DNA of 64,000 nt. Source: Minisyncoccota bacterium (GTDB taxonomy: Bacteria; Patescibacteriota; Minisyncoccia; UBA6257; GWB1-50-10). The notes under the pieces were generated by a model that was not told the origin of the DNA, searched no databases, and worked only from the letters and a program-made list of their open reading frames with translations. The stretch lies in the NCBI GenBank assembly GCA_041665265.1, contig JBAYJE010000003.1, forward strand, positions 1,424-65,423, given 5' to 3'. Shown here piece by piece: positions 58,283-64,000 of this stretch (position 1 is its first letter; every line of letters starts with the position of its first letter). Position numbers and translations under genes: made by a program.

Positions 58283-59986
58283 ATGAAATTTCCACTAAAG
58301 ACCTTTCTTCATTCCGTATTACATTTTTCATCATTACATAAATTCATTAGCACCGTTGGTATTCTCACCCTTTTAGGGGGAGGGTATTGGTTATTTCATC
58401 AACAGACCATAACAGGAACGAGTTATATCACTGCACAAGTAACGAAGGGTACAATCGTTGTTTCGGTTACAGGAACCGGACAAGTTTCTGCATCCAACCA
58501 AGTTGATGTAAAAGCAAAAGCTTCAGGAAATATTGTATATCTTGGGGTATCAAACGCTCAGGAGGTGAGAGCGGGGACACTTATTGCGCAGGTTGATACA
58601 CGCGACGCTCTACAGGCAGTAAAAGATGCTGAGGTGAACTTAAGTCAGGTGAAACTAACCTTAGAAAAAATGAAAGGGCTTACCACCTCCGATGGAACAC
58701 TGCGCGGATCAAAAGAAAAAAATGCGGATGATTTAAAAAAGGCATACGAGGATGGATTTAATACAGTAGTAAATACATTCCTCCAACTTCCAGACATTAT
58801 GACCGGCCTTCAAGATATGCTCTATTCCAGTACAATGGGAATAAGTGGACAATGGAATATTGATTACTATCTTAATGCTATTTCTCAATATGAATTAAGA
58901 GCTCTTCAATTTAAAAATGACACGACAGTAGCCTATGAAGCAGCCAGAAAGGCATACGATAAAAATCTCTCCGACTATAAAGCTTCCTCTCGTTTTTCTA
59001 CTACAAATGAAATAGAACAACTCATTAATCAGACGTACGAAACCACAAGACTTATTGCGGAGTCGGTAAAGAATTACAACAATCTTATCCAGCTATATAA
59101 AGATACACTCGTAGGAAGAAATATTAGAACGTCAACAATTGCAGACACTCATCTTTCTCAGTTAAGCTCTTATACAAGCAAGACAAACACACAACTCTCA
59201 AATCTCCTTTCTATAAAGAATGCAATCCAGAGCGGAAAAGAAACTTCTATAACGGTTGCATTTGATATAGCTGATCAAGAAATACGGGTAACACAAGCTG
59301 AAAATACACTTACAAATGCAAAAGAAAGACTTGCTGACTGTTATGTATACGCGCCCTTCAGTGGTATTGTGGCAAAATTGAATGTTGAAAAAGGAGACGA
59401 TATTTCTTCAGGTGGTTCGATTGCAACCTTCATTACTAAACAAAGACTCGCACAGATAACATTAAATGAGGTTGATATTGCAAAAGTAAAAGTTGGACAG
59501 AAAGCGACACTTACCTTCGATGCAGTTTCTGATTTAAGCATTGTAGGAAAGGTAACTAACATTGATACATTGGGAACGGCGACACAAGGAGTGGTTAACT
59601 ATGCAGTACAAGTAGGTTTTGATACAGAAACCGATACTCGTGTAAAACCTGGAATGAGCGTAAGTACTTCTATTATTACTGATGTAAAACAAGACGTGCT
59701 TGTAGTGCCCAATAGCGCAATTAAAGTTCGTGATACTGAGTATTATGTAGATACACTCAACATACAAAGCGCAGGCACTCAAGGAATTGCTTCTTCTATT
59801 CCTCCAACTGGAAAAATAGTAGTAATTGGTATTGCAAATGATACGGAGACGGAAATTATCTCTGGATTAAGCGAAGGAGAAAATGTAGTGACGCGTACAA
59901 TAACTGCTCAGACAACAGCCACACAAGCAACAGCACCAAGTCTCTTTGGAGGTGGCGGTGGGGTGCGTATCCAACGCGGAAATTAA
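58283..59986 (+). CDS. MacA-like periplasmic adaptor with long coiled coil
   Basis: VTGTGQV, APFSGIV, NEVDI.KVKVGQ, PGMS, SGLSEGE. Confidence 0.88.
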   Translation: MKFPLKTFLHSVLHFSSLHKFISTVGILTLLGGGYWLFHQQTITGTSYITAQVTKGTIVVSVTGTGQVSASNQVDVKAKASGNIVYLGVSNAQEVRAGTLIAQVDTRDALQAVKDAEVNLSQVKLTLEKMKGLTTSDGTLRGSKEKNADDLKKAYEDGFNTVVNTFLQLPDIMTGLQDMLYSSTMGISGQWNIDYYLNAISQYELRALQFKNDTTVAYEAARKAYDKNLSDYKASSRFSTTNEIEQLINQTYETTRLIAESVKNYNNLIQLYKDTLVGRNIRTSTIADTHLSQLSSYTSKTNTQLSNLLSIKNAIQSGKETSITVAFDIADQEIRVTQAENTLTNAKERLADCYVYAPFSGIVAKLNVEKGDDISSGGSIATFITKQRLAQITLNEVDIAKVKVGQKATLTFDAVSDLSIVGKVTNIDTLGTATQGVVNYAVQVGFDTETDTRVKPGMSVSTSIITDVKQDVLVVPNSAIKVRDTEYYVDTLNIQSAGTQGIASSIPPTGKIVVIGIANDTETEIISGLSEGENVVTRTITAQTTATQATAPSLFGGGGGVRIQRGN

Positions 59987-59988
59987 TT

Positions 59989-60702
59989 ATGATTGAAATT
60001 CATAACGTTAAAAAAACATACCGAAGTGGTGATGTTGAAACGCACGCATTGCGTGGGGTAACGTTTACCATTCGCGATGGGGAATTCGTTGCTATCATGG
60101 GCCCCTCTGGTTCTGGAAAATCAACACTCATGCATCTTTTAGGAGCACTTGATACTCCTACGAGTGGAAAATTTATTCTTGATGGAAAAGATGTCTCAAA
60201 ACTTTCAGACGATGAGCTTGCGGATATCCGTCGCGACAAAATAGGATTTGTATTTCAATCTTTTAATCTTCTTCCTCGTGCAACCGTATTACGCAATGTT
60301 ATGCTCCCACTTGTATATGCGGGTATTCACACAGAAAAACGCGAAAAAATAGCTCGTGAAGCACTTCGTAATGTGGGCCTCAACGAAGAACATTTTACTC
60401 ATCGTTCAAATCAACTTTCCGGAGGACAGGTACAACGCGTTGCAATTGCGCGCGCGCTTGTGAATAATCCGACTCTCATCCTTGCCGATGAGCCCACAGG
60501 AAACCTTGATACAAAAACTGGTGAGATTGTTATCGATACCTTTCAAAAACTAAACATGAACCAAGGGCGAACTATTGTGCTTATTACCCACGAACCTGAT
60601 GTTGCTGCTCACGCAGAACGGATTATCTACATACGCGACGGACTTATTACCGAAGATAAAAAAGTAATAAATCGAAGAATTCTCCACCATGAACATAACT
60701 GA
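59989..60702 (+). CDS. MacB/LolD-like ABC ATPase
   Basis: [32 protein letters not shown]. Confidence 0.93.
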   Translation: MIEIHNVKKTYRSGDVETHALRGVTFTIRDGEFVAIMGPSGSGKSTLMHLLGALDTPTSGKFILDGKDVSKLSDDELADIRRDKIGFVFQSFNLLPRATVLRNVMLPLVYAGIHTEKREKIAREALRNVGLNEEHFTHRSNQLSGGQVQRVAIARALVNNPTLILADEPTGNLDTKTGEIVIDTFQKLNMNQGRTIVLITHEPDVAAHAERIIYIRDGLITEDKKVINRRILHHEHN

Positions 60703-61912
60703 TACATTTCAAGAAACATACGAAGCACTCTCAGGAAATAAAGTGCGTTCTGGGCTTACTATGCTTGGGATTATTATTGGCATTGGTTCTGTTATAGCCA
60801 TGGTTTCTATCGGACAAGGTGCTCAAGGAACGATTGAATCAAATATCCAATCGATCGGCTCAAATCTAATTATGATAATGCCTGGTGCTCAGCGTGGAGT
60901 AGGAATGCAGGTAAGTCAAGGTCGTGGTTCGGCACGTTCTTTAGTACGGGCCGACGCAAGTGCTCTTATAGCAGAAATTCCTGGCATAAAAGCAGTTGCT
61001 CCAGAACTTTCATCGCGCTATCAAATAACAAGTCGTGGGAAAAATACTAATACACAAGTAGTCGGCACAACTCCTCAATATCCCGACGTACGTAATATAC
61101 AGATTGATAATGGTTCATTTATTTCTGATCAACAGGTGCTTGGATCATCAAAGGTAGCAGTACTTGGACCAACCGCAAGTCTCGATCTTTTTGGTGAGGG
61201 AGTTGACCCAATTGGTCAAACCATCCGCATAAAGCAAATTGAATTCAAAGTAATCGGTGTCATAAAAGCGAAAGGAGGCTCAGGATTTGGAAGTCAGGAC
61301 GATATGATTTTTGTGCCCTTAACTACTGCACAACGATTTCTTGCAGGAGATGAGTATTTAAGTACCATCAGTGTCCAAGCAGAGAATGCGAGTGTCATGA
61401 CAGAGATACAGGAACAAATTACAACTCTATTATTAGAGCGTCACCATATCACCGACCCACTTCTTGCTGATTTTAATACTTTGAACCAAGCCGACATCGT
61501 TGCTACCGCATCAAGCATTACTCAAACATTTACTATTCTTCTTGCGGCAGTTGCAGGTATCTCTCTTATTGTCGGTGGAATCGGCATTATGAATATGATG
61601 CTCACTACAGTCACCGAACGCACAAGGGAAATAGGTCTTCGAAAAGCGATTGGCGCAAAAAAAAGAGATATTAGCATTCAATTTCTTGCGGAATCAATAG
61701 CACTTACTTTTCTTGGAGGGGTTCTCGGTATTGTGTTGGGATGGCTTGTTGCGTTTGGATTCACCTATTTTGGTGTTATTCAGACAAAGGTCGCAGTCTC
61801 ATCAGTTCTTCTTGCATTTGGAGTATCAACACTTATTGGTATTATCTTCGGTTATTATCCATCCCGTCGCGCAGCAGGACTTAATCCAATCGAGGCATTA
61901 CGATACGAGTAA
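60689..61912 (+). CDS. MacB-like ABC permease
   Basis: RSGLTMLGIIIGI, GGIGIMN, ERTREIGLRKAIGA, NPIEALRYE. Confidence 0.93.
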   Translation: MNITDTFQETYEALSGNKVRSGLTMLGIIIGIGSVIAMVSIGQGAQGTIESNIQSIGSNLIMIMPGAQRGVGMQVSQGRGSARSLVRADASALIAEIPGIKAVAPELSSRYQITSRGKNTNTQVVGTTPQYPDVRNIQIDNGSFISDQQVLGSSKVAVLGPTASLDLFGEGVDPIGQTIRIKQIEFKVIGVIKAKGGSGFGSQDDMIFVPLTTAQRFLAGDEYLSTISVQAENASVMTEIQEQITTLLLERHHITDPLLADFNTLNQADIVATASSITQTFTILLAAVAGISLIVGGIGIMNMMLTTVTERTREIGLRKAIGAKKRDISIQFLAESIALTFLGGVLGIVLGWLVAFGFTYFGVIQTKVAVSSVLLAFGVSTLIGIIFGYYPSRRAAGLNPIEALRYE

Positions 61913-61945
61913 CATAGACAATTATACGAGCAACAAAAATATACT

Positions 61946-62383
61946 ATGCACACAACAACAAAAAAGAAATCAATGATTGGAATAAGCGCAGCAATTCTTA
62001 TAATCATTTCATTTTACGGAGGTACACAATATCAAAAATCAACACCTCAAAGTAAAGGTGGGTTTAACGCATTTCAAAATTTTTCAACAGGAAGCCAAAA
62101 TGGGGGAGCGGCTCGTCGCGGAGGAATGTTTGGCGCAAATGGTGCAAGTGGAGAAATAATAAGCAAAGATAATACAAGTATTACTATAAAGCTTACAACT
62201 GGAGGATCAAAAATCGTTTTCTTCTCTTCTTCTACGCGAATCTCAAAATTAACCGATGGATCTATAAATGATTTAATAGTAGGCACACAAATAATGGCAA
62301 ATGGTTCGCCAAATAAAGATGGGAGTGTTACCGCTCAAACAGTGCAGATACATCCACAAGGAACATTGCAAAATACACGCTAA
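61946..62383 (+). CDS. Membrane-anchored hypothetical protein (DUF5666-like)
   Basis: SFYGG.QY, GEIISKD, GGSKIVF, DGSVTAQ.VQ. Confidence 0.65.
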   Translation: MHTTTKKKSMIGISAAILIIISFYGGTQYQKSTPQSKGGFNAFQNFSTGSQNGGAARRGGMFGANGASGEIISKDNTSITIKLTTGGSKIVFFSSSTRISKLTDGSINDLIVGTQIMANGSPNKDGSVTAQTVQIHPQGTLQNTR

Positions 62384-62385
62384 AC

Positions 62386-62412
62386 AAAAACCCCGCATCA
62401 TGCGGGGTTTTT
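62386..62412. terminator. Bidirectional terminator
   Basis: AAAAACCCCGCA-TCA-TGCGGGGTTTTT. Confidence 0.8.
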
Positions 62413-62430
62413 ACTAGCTCACATACTACT

Positions 62431-62844
62431 TTAAACTATCTCTTCTTTTGGTTTTTTTAAAAATGTATCGTAACTCCATAAATCGGGACCAAAGAAAAAG
62501 ACGGCAAGGGTTGCAATCGCGATTCCATAATCACGCACACCAATTGCGTTATAACCCACTACAAGAGTGATATCCAACATATGAACTGCCAGAAGAAATG
62601 CACTCACTCTCGTAAAAAATCCGAAAAGAAGTGCTAAGCCAAATACTATTTCAAATGCGCCATTACAATACACAAGCGTTTGAGCACTCACAGGGGAAAG
62701 TGCCACAATTGATTTCGGAATATAACTCACCCACATAAGAGGGGAGATAAGCTGCTGTAAACCAAACCACAAATACACAACGGTTATTCCAATACGAAGA
62801 AATGCGGGAGCAATAAGTGGAAATCGATTTATAAAATTATTCAT
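62431..62844 (-). CDS. DoxX-family membrane protein
   Basis: LRIG...WFG, G.FEI..G..L..GF.TR, VRD. Confidence 0.82.
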   Translation of the reverse strand: MNNFINRFPLIAPAFLRIGITVVYLWFGLQQLISPLMWVSYIPKSIVALSPVSAQTLVYCNGAFEIVFGLALLFGFFTRVSAFLLAVHMLDITLVVGYNAIGVRDYGIAIATLAVFFFGPDLWSYDTFLKKPKEEIV

Positions 62845-62850
62845 ACTCTT

Positions 62851-63273
62851 TTATTTAAGAATACCAATTTTAAGAGAAGCAAGTTCGCGCTCCGGACTTC
62901 GATTTCCTCCATGCTGATCAACAAACGATGCGGTGCTATCATTTCCACACATACTAATAATAGCATCGGAACCTCCGGGGTGCTGATTAATCCATTCAGT
63001 AAGATTATACACTCCACCACGCACCACACTCCAACAATCCTGACTATTATTATGCTTTGCCACTTCTGCTGCAGAATAGCCCTTTTCTCCCGAAGAAACG
63101 GGTGCCTTTGTAGGAACTTCCTGACCTCCATTTAGACTTGAAGTTGCGGTTTGTTGTATTGCTGGCCGTCCTACCGTGATTTGTATATTAACCTGGCTCC
63201 TCACAAATACGATGCCAACAATGATAAGTCCTGCGATACCGAGAAATATAATTGTAGAAATTATTTTATTCAT
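62851..63273 (-). CDS. Membrane-anchored cytochrome b5-like heme-binding protein
   Basis: EVAKHN..QDCW..V.G.VYNLT.W...HPGG...CG.D.T..F..QH. Confidence 0.88.
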   Translation of the reverse strand: MNKIISTIIFLGIAGLIIVGIVFVRSQVNIQITVGRPAIQQTATSSLNGGQEVPTKAPVSSGEKGYSAAEVAKHNNSQDCWSVVRGGVYNLTEWINQHPGGSDAIISMCGNDSTASFVDQHGGNRSPERELASLKIGILK

Positions 63274-63349
63274 ATGATGTAGTAATTATACTATGCTCCA
63301 ATAAAAAATAAAATTTTACCCCCAACAATTTGCTGAGGGTAAAAATATA

Positions 63350-63544
63350 TTATTTCTTCATTTTTCTTTTCTTTCCTGGAATCCATTCCCAGAAAACCGT
63401 TGAATTGCGTTTCCTGAAATCCTTCTCCTTTTTTGCACATCCTGCACAAAATGGATGATTCCCTGCAAACTGGGTATGACGAATCCATGTCGCGTTTTCA
63501 TCACATCCGCTGCACTTTTTTACTTCTTGCTGCTGTTTTGTCAT
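63350..63544 (-). CDS. Small zinc-finger-like protein
   Basis: CSGC...HPFCAGC; SD GGAGG and TTGAAA-17-TAATCT promoter. Confidence 0.6.
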   Translation of the reverse strand: MTKQQQEVKKCSGCDENATWIRHTQFAGNHPFCAGCAKKEKDFRKRNSTVFWEWIPGKKRKMKK

Positions 63545-63687
63545 AACGCCTCCAATAAGTAATAGGTTCTCGCACTAGATTACCCTTATTGCTACCACTT
63601 TTCAAATACAAAATTTTATTGGCGAAAAACACATATAAATTGTATAACTAGATTAGTATTCATTTACAAGAAAAGGAGGTACATCAC

Positions 63688-63939
63688 ATGCTTCTCAAAT
63701 CACGCTGTATTATTGCTTGGATATTTAGCATAGTAGGAATGATCATCAGTTTGGGTGGAATAGTCTGCCCAATTTGGCTTGCGTATGCTCATGAAGACGT
63801 TTTCATCGAAGTCTTTCAAAATCCGATAGCCGCGTTCGGCCTCATCGTTTCGTTCCCAGTTATTGGAATCATTGTCCACGGAATAGGGAGGGTCTTAACC
63901 ATAACCGGCTTTAGTGAGATTCCACGATGGAAAAAATAA
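63688..63939 (+). CDS. Two-TM hypothetical protein
   Basis: SD AGGAGGT, own promoter and terminator (63953-63975). Confidence 0.65.
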   Translation: MLLKSRCIIAWIFSIVGMIISLGGIVCPIWLAYAHEDVFIEVFQNPIAAFGLIVSFPVIGIIVHGIGRVLTITGFSEIPRWKK

Positions 63940-64000
63940 TCTGCAATACACAAACCCCGATATTCTTGGGGTTTTTATTTATACTAAACATATATAAAAC

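Overview
Bacterial chromosome segment with a compact, AT-rich gene set typical of Patescibacteria/CPR. Parcubacteria-like affiliation is an inference from gene content (L9 present, DUF4012/DUF5663/DUF5654-type proteins, dprA-topA, PilO-like gene). Bases 1-8086 are the right arm of an integrative element inserted at tRNA-Gln. It carries a KAP NTPase, an HTH-REase-MTase restriction-modification operon, a highly structured ~240-nt noncoding leader RNA, a small SpoVG/HTH module with iteron-like repeats, a secreted protein, and a large serine recombinase whose last codons lie inside the tRNA. The rest is housekeeping and accessory genes: translation and RNA modification, a copper-resistance operon, glycosyltransferases, an ECF sigma plus MacAB-like cluster, and four further tRNAs. 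The most unusual signal is a pair of homologous ~80-100 bp inverted-repeat elements (CCCGTTA...TAACGG) sitting exactly at the start codons of topA and an rluA-family gene. Each duplicates ATGAA and creates an MNPV... leader peptide that stops 4 nt before the gene. Other notable signals: tRNA-derived repeats at tRNA-Leu and tRNA-Gln, a decayed islet at tRNA-Ala, stand-alone ORFan cassettes with a boxA-like leader motif, and a 1248-aa repeat protein. All calls come from reading the sequence by eye; no searches were run.
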